Shown here one piece after another: positions 22,430-34,997 of a DNA stretch of 45,098 nt; the first letter of the stretch is position 1, and every line of letters begins with the position of its first letter. This stretch comes from Histomonas meleagridis 2922-C6/04-290x. Lineage: Eukaryota; Protista; Parabasalia. Where the stretch lies: the NCBI GenBank assembly GCA_020184695.1, contig JAANOX010000015.1, positions 1 through 45,098 on the forward strand, read 5' to 3'. The position numbers were made by a program, and so were the translations under genes. A model generated the notes under the pieces. That model ran no database searches, was not told the DNA's origin, and worked only from the letters and a program-made list of their open reading frames with translations.

Positions 22430-23707
22430 TCGTGGCCCTGCATATGCATTTTCCAGTTATTATATCCGTGCAACATACGTATTATGATAGACTAGCTGGT
22501 GATAAGAAAGAACATTTGAATAATATTTTAGACTTACTGAAAACTCCAACAAGATTGGCAGATGGAACAATTCAGAAAATTTCTGATGAAACGAAAATAT
22601 AAAAAGGTCCGCTAAAAACATGGAGAAAGAAGCTTCTAGCGAATCCAAATTTGACATTAATTGTACATGGAGTCAATAGTGTATCAAGAATACTTAATAA
22701 GCAGATTGAAGATTCAATATATACAAAGATTATGGAAGATTTTATTCAACAGAGAAGATATTGTTCGTTGAAAACAGTTCAGACAGTTGCAAAACAAATT
22801 GTCTGTAATCGAAAGCCATATCTTAAAGCAAGTAGAACATGGGCCGAAGGATTTTAAAAAAGATATAATCTCAGTATAAGGGTACCAAATGTTAAACGTC
22901 GAACTGAACCAAATGATGAAATTGTAGCAAAATTTGTTCCAGAGTTCGATGTTGCATTGATGCAATTACCCCAAAGATTAATATTTAATATGGATGAAAG
23001 TGCATGGAGAATTTCAAACGGTCGCTTAAAGACAATTTCTAGAAAAAAGGTGATGATGATGTAACGATCTTATTAAAGTCAGACCCCAAAGAAACATTAA
23101 CAGTAATTGCCACCATTAACGCAGAAGGAGAAAAATTACTAATAATTATATAGGCAACTGGAAAAACAAATCGGTGTGAAGAAAAATATAGAAAAAACCA
23201 AAGACTCAGAAAATATATTGCAAACAGAGATTCATAATATATAATGCATTCAGAATCAGGATGGGCAACAGCGGATCTGATGAAACAATACTCAAAATGG
23301 TTGTCACGACAGATAGATAAACGAAATGCATATTCACTTTGGGATTTGCATTCGTCTCACAGAGATGAAAAAGTTCAATATTATTCGACAAAAGGAAATA
23401 TTCAATTGTCATATATCCCAGCTGGTCAAACGGGCGAGTGACAACCGTTAGACAGAAGAATATCTGGAAATTTAATAAAAGTGTCACTATGAATTCAAAA
23501 AATACCTAATAAACAATAGCATCTATGAATATGATATCATTGTATACTATTAGATGCTTGGGAGGAGATTCCCAATGAAGTGATTCGGAATTCCTGGAGA
23601 CATTCAACCGAAAATTGATAAAAAAAAATCTTAAAAGTTTTTAATAAACTTAAGTTTCAGGATTTTCGAGAAAAACATGAGAAAAAATAAGTTATTTGGG
23701 CTTAACG
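22430..23707 (+). mobile_element. pogo/Tigger-like element with DDE_1 transposase pseudogene and right TIR
   Basis: KASRTWAEGF*KRYNLSIR (CENP-B HTH), IFNMDESAW, LWDLHSSHRD and YIPAGQTGE*QPLD motifs. TIR 23681-23707 followed by TA. Confidence 0.85.
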
Positions 23708-23826
23708 TACGTTGGGGATGAAGTTTTAGTGAATAAGGTAAATTGAATATCGATTCAAATCTTCTCCAGGCTGGCCAAGGGTCATGCTGACCTTTTGATT
23801 ATGTATTCAAAAAGTTTAAAACAAAA

Positions 23827-24789
23827 ATGGAAAATAAGAATCCAAATTTTTATAGTTTTAGACCAAAACTTTCATATACATTTGTAATCAGTCTGTTTTT
23901 TGCGGGGTTAATTTATAATTATTATTTTGATTTAAAAACAAATCAAAAATTACCAAAAATTTCCATTCTTAAGAATTACAAAAAAATTCTAACACTTTTC
24001 ACAATTCCTTCGCCACGCCTTTCAAACTATACTTTAAAAATTCACATGTATGCGATAAATTCTTGGATACACCTGCAAGATGTAAAAATTGTTGTTTTTT
24101 CTGGTGAGTTAAATGATACAATCAAAAAATTATATCCGCCAAATATAATTTTATATGACAAACCCCTTAAAACAGGCTATAAAGGGAATCCACTCATCAG
24201 AGATTGGTTTGTTCAAGGAGTTAAACTTGCAACAACTGAGTATGTTGGTTTTATTAACTCCGATATTGTTTTAACAGATCGTTGGTATAATATTACCAAA
24301 ACTCTTATTAAGCGATTTCAACATAATGCATATCTCCTCATTAATCGAATTGATATTCGGCAGAGAAATCAGTCTCTTTTTAATGTTCCTTATGATAAAG
24401 TAGAAGAAGAGTTTATGCATGTTGACCATTTAACTCAATGGGGAGGAGACGTTTTTATTTTTGCAAAAGAACAAACTCGATTTAATGTTTCTCGAATTCC
24501 TGATTATGTGATTGGTTATTGTAATTGGGACAATTTTCTTTATGCACACATGGGACAATTAGATTATGCAATAAATTATCAAGTAAATCCACCTGTTTTC
24601 CATTTGCAACATGGTCGGAATAAATGCAATCCAGAATCTAAAAGTCAAGATATGGCAGCCACAGAAAGAGCTGGATTCAAATATATTAGAGCTAACCCTC
24701 AATGGGTAAAATGGAGACTGAATATTACGGCGGGTGTTATTTATAATAAAAACAATAAATCGCAAACAATTAGTATTTATGACAGTTAA
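23827..24789 (+). CDS. Type II membrane putative GT-A glycosyltransferase (320 aa)
   Basis: Intact ORF with an N-terminal TM segment, YVGFINSDIVL (DxD-like), GGDVFIF, GYCNWDN and FHLQH motifs. Confidence 0.7.
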   Translation: MENKNPNFYSFRPKLSYTFVISLFFAGLIYNYYFDLKTNQKLPKISILKNYKKILTLFTIPSPRLSNYTLKIHMYAINSWIHLQDVKIVVFSGELNDTIKKLYPPNIILYDKPLKTGYKGNPLIRDWFVQGVKLATTEYVGFINSDIVLTDRWYNITKTLIKRFQHNAYLLINRIDIRQRNQSLFNVPYDKVEEEFMHVDHLTQWGGDVFIFAKEQTRFNVSRIPDYVIGYCNWDNFLYAHMGQLDYAINYQVNPPVFHLQHGRNKCNPESKSQDMAATERAGFKYIRANPQWVKWRLNITAGVIYNKNNKSQTISIYDS

Positions 24790-25404
24790 AATGATAAACT
24801 AAATAAATTTTAAAAAATCTAAATAAATTGCATTTTTATCACTTTTTCTTCCTCCAATCCGGTTGAGTGCAATTACAATTTTATTAGGATTTTCATTTTT
24901 TTATGTAGCAATTCGGCCTGCTGTAAAGACTCAGAAGAAGTGAGTTTAAAACAGTTTTCTTCATTTTAGCATCAGTAGTTTTAAAAGAAACAGTGAGGGT
25001 AGAGCATTTCTGTATAATCATTAAGGTTGATTTCTTGTGAATCTAAAATCTTTTGGAAATCATTTTCTAATTTTCTTATCACCAATATTAAAAGGCGAAT
25101 TTTGGAATACAATATTCAATATTAAATCAATGAATTATTATTCACATAATTTGATTAAATAAATAAATAATGACATAATATATTCGAAAGATTATACAAT
25201 ATATTATTATTTAATACGGTTTCATTTTTTAATATTAATTTTTCGACCAATAAAACTCGAAATCATCAAACAGAATTATCTAAATTAATTAAGTGAATTC
25301 AAAAGAATTATTGTTAATAACCAAAACTATTACTGAAAAAAATCAAATTTCAAAGTGATGCTATTTGGAATAAGTTTTTTTAAAATAAAAATTATGAGTT
25401 TAGT

Positions 25405-27176
25405 TTAAATTTTACTTGATTGCTCATTACTTATTTGAACAGATTGATATCTTTGTTTTCGAATAACAAGAACAAGAATGATTCCTGCTACTAAAACAAC
25501 AATTATAGAAGCAGGAACTGTCACAGCCATAACAATTGTATTTGTTTTGTTTTCTTGAGCAGCATTTTCTTCTTCTTGACGTTCTTCATTTTTTGTTTTA
25601 GCATCTTGCAATATTTGGTCAAATTCCTGTTCATTGTGTGCTTTGTCTAATTTTTCGATGTAATCTTTTTGCATATCGCCCAATTTATCTAACTTTTTGA
25701 TTTCTTCTTTTACTGTTTCTCTCTTTTCGAAAACTACTTTTAGCTCTTTATTCTTTGATTGTGCTTTTGTAACAACTTCTTTAATTGATTCTTTATCTTT
25801 TGCTTTATTGATTTCTTCTTCAAAATCTTTAACTGAATCGCTTTTAAGGTAAGGCAATTTTTTGATTGTATCTTTTGCTGATGTTTGTGTATTTTCGTTT
25901 TCCTTTGATTTATTTTCAGCTTTTAGTAATATTTCATTGATTTTATCTAGTGTACTTGCATTTACAATTTGTGCTTTGTAATTTTCTTTTTCATTTTCAT
26001 CTAAAAATGTTAAATTAATAATTTTATATGATACTTGTGTTTTAACATGATCATTATAATCAGAAAATGCTTTTTGGCCAATTGATTGAATGAATCCTAA
26101 TTTATCTTTATAATTTTGATACTTAATTTTTGTCTATATTATAAAAATGCATAATCTCCAATCGTTGTAACTGTTTCTTCTATCTTTAGTTTTAGAATTT
26201 TATAAAAGAAGTTTTTTCCATGGAACTTGTGTTGCATTTTCGAAATTTCTCATTGGTCCTCTTCCTTTAATAGTAAGAAGACCATTCTTTAATGTCCATT
26301 TAAGATTTCTTCCGATTAAACCTGAGTCTGTATCTTCTTTCTGATATAACAATGGTGCATTTTTAGGAAAAATGGAAGTACTATCGTAAGCAAACCATTC
26401 TTCCCCAATATGAAGCCAATTCCATGCATGGAATCGTTTTTTCTTTGCTAACAATCCCATTAAGCAACGCACTTCAACTCCTGCTTGTTGTAACAAAATA
26501 CCAGACATAGCAGAATAGCCATGACCTACAGCTTTGCCCAATATAATTCCACCATATGCTGAATTTTCCATCCTTTTAGAAAAACCATATTCAACATTTT
26601 CTTTAATCCACCACCAAATTGCAACTGATTTTTCATAATCTGTATGAAGATCATTTTCACGTCCATATCCTGTAAGATTACCTGTGGTAAATATTTCATT
26701 AACTCTTTTACGGACATCACGTTCTTCTGTTTCATTGGTTCTCATCCCTTGTCTTAAAGTAAGTTGATTTTAATTTGACCAGGAAACTCATTATAAGGAT
26801 GACCAACTTGAAGCCATGAAATACCTGCACCGAATGATTTTCTAGAGACAAGAAAATAACCTAAAAATGTATCATCAAGTCTATGGAAATAGTTACATGA
26901 ATCATTATATGCACCCTTGAGATAAGTTCCCCAAAAAACAGAAGCTATCGATGAGCTTACATTTTGATCTAAACCAGTAAGATTCAAATGTTGCTCTGGA
27001 GTCATAGTAAGAATGATTTCTAAAGTTGACATCTGCCTTGATGCAGTAGATTTTATTATTGCATCAACAATTTCATCATATATATCACCAGTATAATTAT
27101 TAATAAGAAGACTTTTTGTTTTGTTCTTTCCTATACAGTTATGTACGAAAAGTGGTAACGACGGTTTTATTATCAA
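25405..27176 (-). pseudogene. Surface protein: transglutaminase-like + BspA-type LRR + three GA-module-like repeats + TM anchor (frameshifted)
   Basis: GKAVGHGYS...HAWNWLHIGEEWFAYDST; GRNLKWTLKNGLLTIKGRGPM; IEETVTTIGDYAF; three ~45-aa helical repeats; TM VPASIIVVLVAGIILVLVI. Frameshifts near 26765, 26205 and 26140; no ATG at the 5' end. Confidence 0.75.
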
Positions 27177-28564
27177 ATCCTAAATTCAAAAGAAAAAATA
27201 AATTTTTCACGTAATATATTAAATATTTTCATCATTAATGAACTTAAAAATATTATTAATAATATATTGTTTTAGAATTTAGAATGTTGTTTTCTATCAC
27301 ATTATTCGTTTAATTAAAAATTAAAAAATCAATTAATTGATGATTTATTATTCATCCCGAATAAAAAGTAATTGTTCATTTCGAGAGAAGCAGTTAAAAA
27401 TACCTTCATTGCCCGAACATTAATAGTGCGAATGGTTGTTCCAATACACCTCTCACACAATTCTTCTTTAGATAAAGCTCATTCATGATGGGTGACATGA
27501 TAATAAATGAAAAATAAATATAAATATTAATTGACTTTTTTGATCGGCGTTACCATGTTCTCTACCGTTGGAAATTCGAATACTACTCTATCGAAACAAA
27601 GGAGGTCCCATTCAATCATAATGTGAAATTTAAATTAGATGTAATTTTCATTCAAAAATTGGCTCTCAATTTGTTTTCTGAATAAATAAATTCATCCGAT
27701 TTCATTCTGAATAATTTACGATTTTCGCCATCTTTTTAATTCAAATAAAATTTGGCAAAGATGCTGAAACAGATATCATTAAATAGCAAGTTATCGACAT
27801 TGCATACATCATACATTGCATTAATTAAAATGAATCGAAAAAGAACTATTATTATATATTAAACTAAATTACGATCAAGAATTAGGATATCGTAAAATAT
27901 TTAATCGTATCTGTATTACAACACGAATTTTATATCAATGTTACATTATAATTAATTTTTGACTTAATTAATATTTTATAAATTGATCAATAATATCAAT
28001 CGCTTCGCTTATAAATTTTCATGAATTGTCATATTCTACATATTAATTATGTTGTATTAGTTTGAAATTTTATGAAATTTTATTCTTTCAGTTATTTCTC
28101 AGAATTCTCTCGTGAATATATATCATGATTTTTATCTTTCATTTTTTTTCTTCTACTAAACGATAGTTTTCTCTCCGATATGGTTTATATATTCCAATGA
28201 AGAATGTCGTACCATCAGGAAGAAATTCATTAAGGTATTGATCGATTAAACGTGAAAAAGTTTCATCGAATTTCAACAGGTCTTTAGGTACAATTATTAT
28301 TGTTTCTTCATTGTTTTATTCAAATTGACATAAATAATCATATAAAGGATATTCAATTTCTATCAAATCTTATACAATTGATATTTGATTTTTGTCTTTT
28401 TCGAAAATATAATCATCTTAAAAGATATCTATTTTTTTAATTGCAAAATGTCTCACACGACGGCAAAAACGTATATCAATTAGAGCTCTATTAATCATCA
28501 TTGATGAATCCCAAACTGATATGATCCCTGCTTGTTCAAAAGATTTTATAATATTATCAAGAGT

Positions 28565-29320
28565 TTATCCTATTTGAATGACTTGAAAAACTTTTTTAAT
28601 TATAGTACTTTGCTCGTTTTCCTTATCAATATTTCCGATCCTTGATGCATAAGATTTTGTCGCGGAAAATACGCGAAGATTGAGAGCTTGAAGTTGATCT
28701 GTAGAGTGAGGGAGAAAGCAATGTATTTCAATGCCATGTGAGAAACAAAAATCATCAAGTACATTACTAAAATGTGCTGTCATACTATCCATCAACAAAT
28801 GAAATCTGAATGTAAAATCACCGAGGTATTCACGGTATGCTTATAGGCGTCTTATTATTTCTGTAAACAGATTATTCATGCAATAGTCTCCGAATATATA
28901 TTTATTATTAATGAAGTTATTTTTCTGAAAATAGAAGGTGATTTTATCTTTTGTGAGATTATTCCTCAAAACTTCTTGTTCAATTGTTTTTCTTCGGATT
29001 ATCATTGCTGGTTTTGCACGAGTTCCGTCACCGAAAATCGTTTCAATACATGTAAGACGATTATTCACTTTATCATATGGTAATGGTACTGTTTTATCTT
29101 TAGCAGATTTGATAAGACCGTCTGCACGTAAAATGTGACCAAGTGAATCACCAGTAGAACGTTTTCCTGTATTTATGGATAAAATGTCTGCTAGTTGTGA
29201 ATATGTATAATGTCCACCTTTATAATATTTAACTTCAATAATGTTAATTAAATGATCTACTTCATTATTCGTTAATATCCTGGGTCTTCCAATCTCATTT
29301 TCCCTCCAACTTTATCTTCA
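28565..29320 (-). pseudogene. pogo-like DDE_1 transposase relic
   Basis: GRPRIL, RLTCIETIFGDGTRAKPAMIIRRKT, LLMDSMTAH and FLPHSTDQLQALNL motifs. Same family type as 2347-3451. Confidence 0.8.
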
Positions 29321-29760
29321 ATTGTCTTATGATATTGATCATATACCGATTAAATAGATCGGTGCAGAATACTACCTATCTGTTGAAATGTAAGTTGAAA
29401 TATATTTTCATTTTTGATAATTTTTGCTTCCATTATAGTACTCTCCAAGCAAAAGGGAGAATTTGAATACCTAGCTCTTAAAAAGTGGGAATACCTATCA
29501 ATTATGCGTGATTTTTTGAATACCATTGAAAAATTTCCATGGGATATTACATTCATCCTTTACCATTATTTCTAAAGTTGTTTAAAATACCATTAAAAAT
29601 TAGCCTAATATTAAAGATATTTCAATTTAAGAATAAACTTTTTCACACATATAAAAGGCACTCATTCAACTTAAAAATTAAATAAAAATAACAATTTTTA
29701 CAGAATGAATAATTTAAAATACGATGTTCTATTATAACTAAAAATATCTTTCAACATTTT

Positions 29761-32590
29761 TTATAGATTTTTATTACCAGTATCTATAATCTTTCCATTA
29801 TCCACAGATCGCATTATTGATTCCATAGCTTCTTTATCTTTTACATTTCTTCTCTTTACATAAATTATAATGACAGTTACTACTACAGCAACCACCACAA
29901 CACCAATGACAACGCCAATAATCAACCATTTTCCATAATTATTTTTATCTTTCTCCATTTCTTCAATCTCAATTCCATTATCAGTTTCGATAATTTTAAC
30001 ATTACCATTCGTTATTTTTATATTCATATGATTAAACATTATTTTCTTTTCTGTTTCAACAATCAATAATCTTTTATTTATTTCAAGTGAATCGTTGATT
30101 AAAACACTTAAATTTATTCTTGAATCTTCTTTTGGATAACCAGTGATTTTAATTGGCTTATATGAATTAATCGAATTAATTGAAATATGTAGTTGTGTTT
30201 CACCATTATTTAATGAATTTAAAGTTACATTTTTTTCTCCATAATAATGAATGACAGCAATACCAATTCCATTTATTATAATTGGACTTAATCCAGTAAG
30301 TTCTAGATTATTTATAATCATTTTCTCAGGAATATCAATGAAACCACTTCCATTAATACGAATTATATCAGAAAAAATCTCTCCAATTGCTGAATGATCG
30401 AAAACAAATCCAATATTTATAATTTCGTCTAAATCAAAGTCGATATTTGGAATTTTAACACGTGATATATAATGATTAGCTTTAAAAGTAATGAAACTAT
30501 TCGGAGTTATTTCAAATGATATTTCTTGTGTAAAAACAATCGACAAATGTTTTCCTTCTAATTCAATTTGACTTGAATTACAAACAAATCAACAATTGAA
30601 TCATAAGCTTCATTATTTAGGATTGTGATCTTTCGATTAGAATTAGATGAATAGATATTAATTCGCATATATCCTAAGTTTATAAACCTTGATATTGAAT
30701 CGAAAATATATTCTATATTATCAACTGTAACAATTGCAGATTTATCATCATCAACATTTAATGTATAAAATTGATAATTAATCAAATATTCATAAAATTT
30801 GAACTCGGATTTAAATGATTGATCAATATTTTGATGAGTTGTTTTATCAACAACTAAGCTTTATCCATTTTCAACTCGAAAAGTTCCATTTATTTGACTT
30901 TCATATAATATTTCAAGTTTCCCAATATTTAATTTAGTGTTGTCATTTTTTTTTAATATTGATTGGACAAGTTCAATTTTTTGGATTTGATTTTGTTGAA
31001 AAGTAATGTTCGTTTGATGATAATTACCAACAATTCTTAAATTAATTTGTGGATTTATATTTCACAATAAAATTCATATCTTTCCCTTGTTGTATTATTG
31101 CAGTAATTGTTCCTTTATCTATGAAATCAGTCCATTTTTCTTGCGTTTTATTCTTAATATTATAATGACAATATTTCGAATAAATTCCAAAACAAATGAT
31201 TGGAAATGTTCGATATGGATTTACGAGAAATAAATCCGATTGAATTATTTGTAACTACTTTTTGGTAACTTAATCGTTATATATTGAGTATATTTGATGT
31301 TTCATAAGGAGATGTATTATCTTCAGTAATAAACTATAAATCAACATCACTCGCAACAATTCCATTAAAAAATTTATATTCTTTATCTACAAAATCGTCA
31401 TATACGATTTCTGATGATTCTTTATCAACATAGAGTTGGAATTGATTAATATTAATAATGTCAACTGAATAATTAACTGGATTCTTAATATCAAATGGAA
31501 GTAATTAGTTCTTTAGAATAAACGGAATTTTAAAATTAACTAATTTTCCATTTCCCATGAGATAATCATAATCAGAAACATAAATATTATCACCAGAAAC
31601 TATATAATCAAAAGTGATGATTGCTTGAGTCCCTAATGCAAATGGTTGTACAGAATGAATAAATGAATTACCATGTGTATAAATACGAAATATATTTTTT
31701 TGATCTGTATCTGAATCAATTGTAACTGTTCCATTTATATTCAAATATTCAATTGAACTATTCCTCAAAATTAATTTAGATAAGTTTTGTAAGATAAATG
31801 AACTATGGATAATTGATGTATTTTCGATAATTAATGTTTACATAATTATATCCTTGTGCAAATTCGGAACAAGAATATCCTGTATAACGCATCCTTTTTC
31901 AAGTCCATAAATTGTTACGTCTTTGCTAAAAATGGTAGAAACACCAATAGTATTGATGTGACGATCATTTACATGGAAAGAAATTGTGCCTCTGTTCTCA
32001 TAAATGATGGTCATCTCATATACTGTTCGATATATAGTTTGTGGAACATCAACATTAATTTTGACTTTCCTATTTGTGAGTGATATGTTACGAATACCAT
32101 GAAATTGATAGCCATCGTCAATAATTGTAATAGCACTTGCAGAAATTTTGGAAGTGTATGAAAGTGTGTAGAAATCAAGTTTGATATCATATGAAGAATG
32201 AATGAAAAATTGATTGGGAATAAAAGAAACATGCGAAAAAGAAACACTGGAGAAGGTAGCTTTGGGGTTATCACTAAAACTGATAGCAACGTTTAAAAAA
32301 TCAGTGGGACTGAAATCAGATACATTGGTGAAAATGGTATAATGGCTTTCATTAGAATCGGAACTAATAGCAAGAGATTTCAAAAAATCGATTCGATCAA
32401 TAAAGAGTCCATTATCAAGAAGAATAATGTTAGCATTTGATACATTTTTAGAACGGATATCTTCCATTGATGAAATTTCATTATACCCTAAGGGACATAT
32501 TTTTTTTGATGGACTTCTAAAACAGAAATCAGCAGAGTGAGTAAAAGACAACGAAATAAGCAGGAAAGAACATGATAACATGAGATACAT
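29761..32590 (-). pseudogene. Large type I membrane surface protein, fragmented
   Basis: Signal-peptide-like start (MYLMLSCSFLLISLSFTHS). Colinear beta-rich ORF pieces at 31838-32590, 31505-31768, 30558-30785 and 29761-30546. C-terminal TM (LIIGVVIGVVVVAVVVTVIIIYV) followed by KRR. Confidence 0.7.
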
Positions 32591-32605
32591 TTTTTCGAAA
32601 ACACG

Positions 32606-32990
32606 CTGATGATATGAATGACATTATGAATAACAATGAACAATAAATTAATGAATGACAATATGAATAACATTATACAATGCATTAATGAATAACATTA
32701 TAAATAACAATATGAATTACATCAATGAATCACAATATGAATAACAATATACAATGCATTAATGAATAACATTATGAATCACAATATGAATAACATTATG
32801 AATAACAATAAACAATAAATTAATGAATAACAATATGAATAACATTATGAATCACAATATGAATAACATTATGAATAACAATAAACAATAAATTAATGAA
32901 TCACAATATGAATTACATTATACAATGCATTAATAAATTACATTATAAATAACAATATGAATTACATTATGAATAGCAATAAACAATAAA
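32606..32990. repeat. Minisatellite of ~12-bp variant units
   Basis: ATGAATAACATT, ATGAATCACAAT, ATGAATAACAAT and AAACAATAAATTA units in higher-order combinations. Confidence 0.85.
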
Positions 32991-33480
32991 TAAATGAATT
33001 ATATAAGAATAAATAAAGATAAACCCCTCATATCATAACTTTAAGTGAATAAAAAATATTATTTTATTATATAAGCTGTATGTACTAATTCAACACGATT
33101 AAAGTAAACTAATACTCATTTGGTATAGAAAAAAAATAAATTTATATTTTGTTACTATAGTATATATAGGGGGTGCAAAAAGACCTGATCCCAATCCCTT
33201 TTGTTGATGAATAAAAAAAATATTTATTAACTATATACTTTTATGTTAAGAAATGGTCTTCGTGATTCCTAGTCACTTATTAAAGTATTTTTATCTTTAG
33301 TACTAATCTAGTTAAAGTTCTCCAAAAGTGGCACATAAATATAATTTCATTATTTAAATCATATTCTGAATTTTTCTCTATACTCTTCCAATTTTATTTA
33401 ATTATTCCAATGAATAAAATATTATACTAACTTTAACCTAATGAATAATATAGGTAACAATTTATTTTAATATTTTTACA

Positions 33481-33849
33481 AGTATATTAGTATATTAGTA
33501 TATTAGTATATTAGTATATTAGTATATTAGTATATTAGTATATTAGTATATTAGTATATTAGTATATTAGTATATTAGTATATTAGTATATTAGTATATT
33601 AGTATATTAGTATATTAGTATATTAGTATATTAGTATATTAGTATATTAGTATATTGTTTATATTAGTATATTAGTATATTAGTATATTAGTATATTAGT
33701 ATATTAGTATATTAGTATATTAGTATATTAGTATATTAGTATATTAGTATATTAGTATATTAGTATATTAGTATATTAGTATATTAGTATATTAGTATAT
33801 TAGTATATTAGTATATTAGTATATTAGTATATTAGTATATTAGTATATT
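33481..33849. repeat. 8-bp tandem repeat (AGTATATT)n, about 45 copies
   Basis: Perfect copies except one GTTTATATT variant near 33657. The array ends with the same GTTTATA. Confidence 0.97.
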
Positions 33850-33998
33850 GTTTATACAAAATTACATATAAATTAATTGATTTTTGTTAATTATAATCAT
33901 TACTTACTACTAACTCGAACTAATAAATAAATGTTACTTAAATGCATTAATATAATTCAATATTTTACATATTATGCGTTTAATATTTATTTTCTATT

Positions 33999-34997
33999 AT
34001 GAATTACAATCAGCCTCAGCAATCTTCATTTCCATTTATTGACAGTACTCTTGCTTATTATTGGCTTTTTACTAACGAAGACGCAGCAATTCAATTTGCA
34101 ATACAAAATGGTGTTATTTACAATCAAATGACGTGTGAAGAATGCAATTTCAATATGCAGATTTACATAGATTTCTCAAAAGGATTTGGGTATAAATGGA
34201 TATGCCCACAATGTCATAAAACCAAAAGCATTTTATATGGAAGTATTTTTTATTCAGCAAAAATTCCTCTATCAAAAATTTCTCATTTATTATATTGTTG
34301 GGCATATAAATATTCATGCAAAGATACTGCAAGAGAAGTAGGAGTTAGCAGAAGCACTGTAACATATTATTTTGCATTATTTCGAAATGCATGTGATGCA
34401 TATGTTTTATCTTTAGAAGGTCTTATTGTCGGTGGTCCAGGTAAAACTGTTCAAATAGATGAAACTTTAATGTGTCGAAGAAAGTATAATGTTGAACGGG
34501 GGTTAAATCAAGTATGGATTTTTGGAATTTGTGTTGAAGATAGACAATTCTTTTGTCTTGTTGTGCCAGATCGAACAAGAGAAACATTAGAAGAAGAGAT
34601 TCGTAATCATATATTACCTGAAACAAAAATAATTTCTGATTGCTGGAAAGCATATGATTTTCTTGATGATGACAATGATTACGAGCATGAAACTGTGAAT
34701 CATTCATGTAATTTTGTTGATCCTGAAACTAAAGCGCACACTCAAATGATAGAAAGACTTTGGAGGGAACTAAAAAAAATTAATAAAAAATATGAAGAAA
34801 TCCCAGAAAACAAAGTCAATGAACATATATCAGAATTCATGTGGAGATGGAATGTAATTCACAATCAAAATCAAATGTTTAGAGCAGCAGTTCAATTAAT
34901 TGCAGACACAAAGTTTACAAAAGTGATTGATTGCAATGAAATAGAAGATGAAGAATTGGAATATATAAAAATCAATTTCTTTGATTGCCATGATTAA
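33999..34997 (+). CDS. ISXO2/Merlin-family DDE transposase, apparently intact (332 aa)
   Basis: CEEC...WICPQC zinc ribbon, HTH, VQIDET, IISDCWKAY, HETVNHSCNFVDP, HTQMIERLW and EFMWRWN motifs; no lesions. TIRs not found. Confidence 0.92.
   Translation: MNYNQPQQSSFPFIDSTLAYYWLFTNEDAAIQFAIQNGVIYNQMTCEECNFNMQIYIDFSKGFGYKWICPQCHKTKSILYGSIFYSAKIPLSKISHLLYCWAYKYSCKDTAREVGVSRSTVTYYFALFRNACDAYVLSLEGLIVGGPGKTVQIDETLMCRRKYNVERGLNQVWIFGICVEDRQFFCLVVPDRTRETLEEEIRNHILPETKIISDCWKAYDFLDDDNDYEHETVNHSCNFVDPETKAHTQMIERLWRELKKINKKYEEIPENKVNEHISEFMWRWNVIHNQNQMFRAAVQLIADTKFTKVIDCNEIEDEELEYIKINFFDCHD

Noticed and set aside
4105-23450. Alternative genetic code (stop-codon reassignment) explaining in-frame stops
   Set aside because: Conserved Trp positions appear as TGA in some relics and TAG in others, frameshifts co-occur, and long genes such as the peptidase have no internal stops. 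This fits mutational decay.
25405-32590. All frameshifts in the surface genes being sequencing errors
   Set aside because: Not fully excluded, since some lie in homopolymers. However, multi-kb genes nearby are error-free and these loci also show other decay (no 5' ATG, catalytic Cys lost, many breaks), so they are treated as pseudogenes pending read inspection.
32488-32685. ORF spanning the minisatellite
   Set aside because: It is a low-complexity translation of repeat units overlapping the surface-gene start.
33165-33190. TA-TAGGGGGTGCAAAAAG resembling a mariner/Tc1 TIR start (similar TGCACCCTA at ~22044 and GGACACCCTA at 16466)
   Set aside because: No correctly oriented partner or associated transposase was found; the matches are too short to support a feature.
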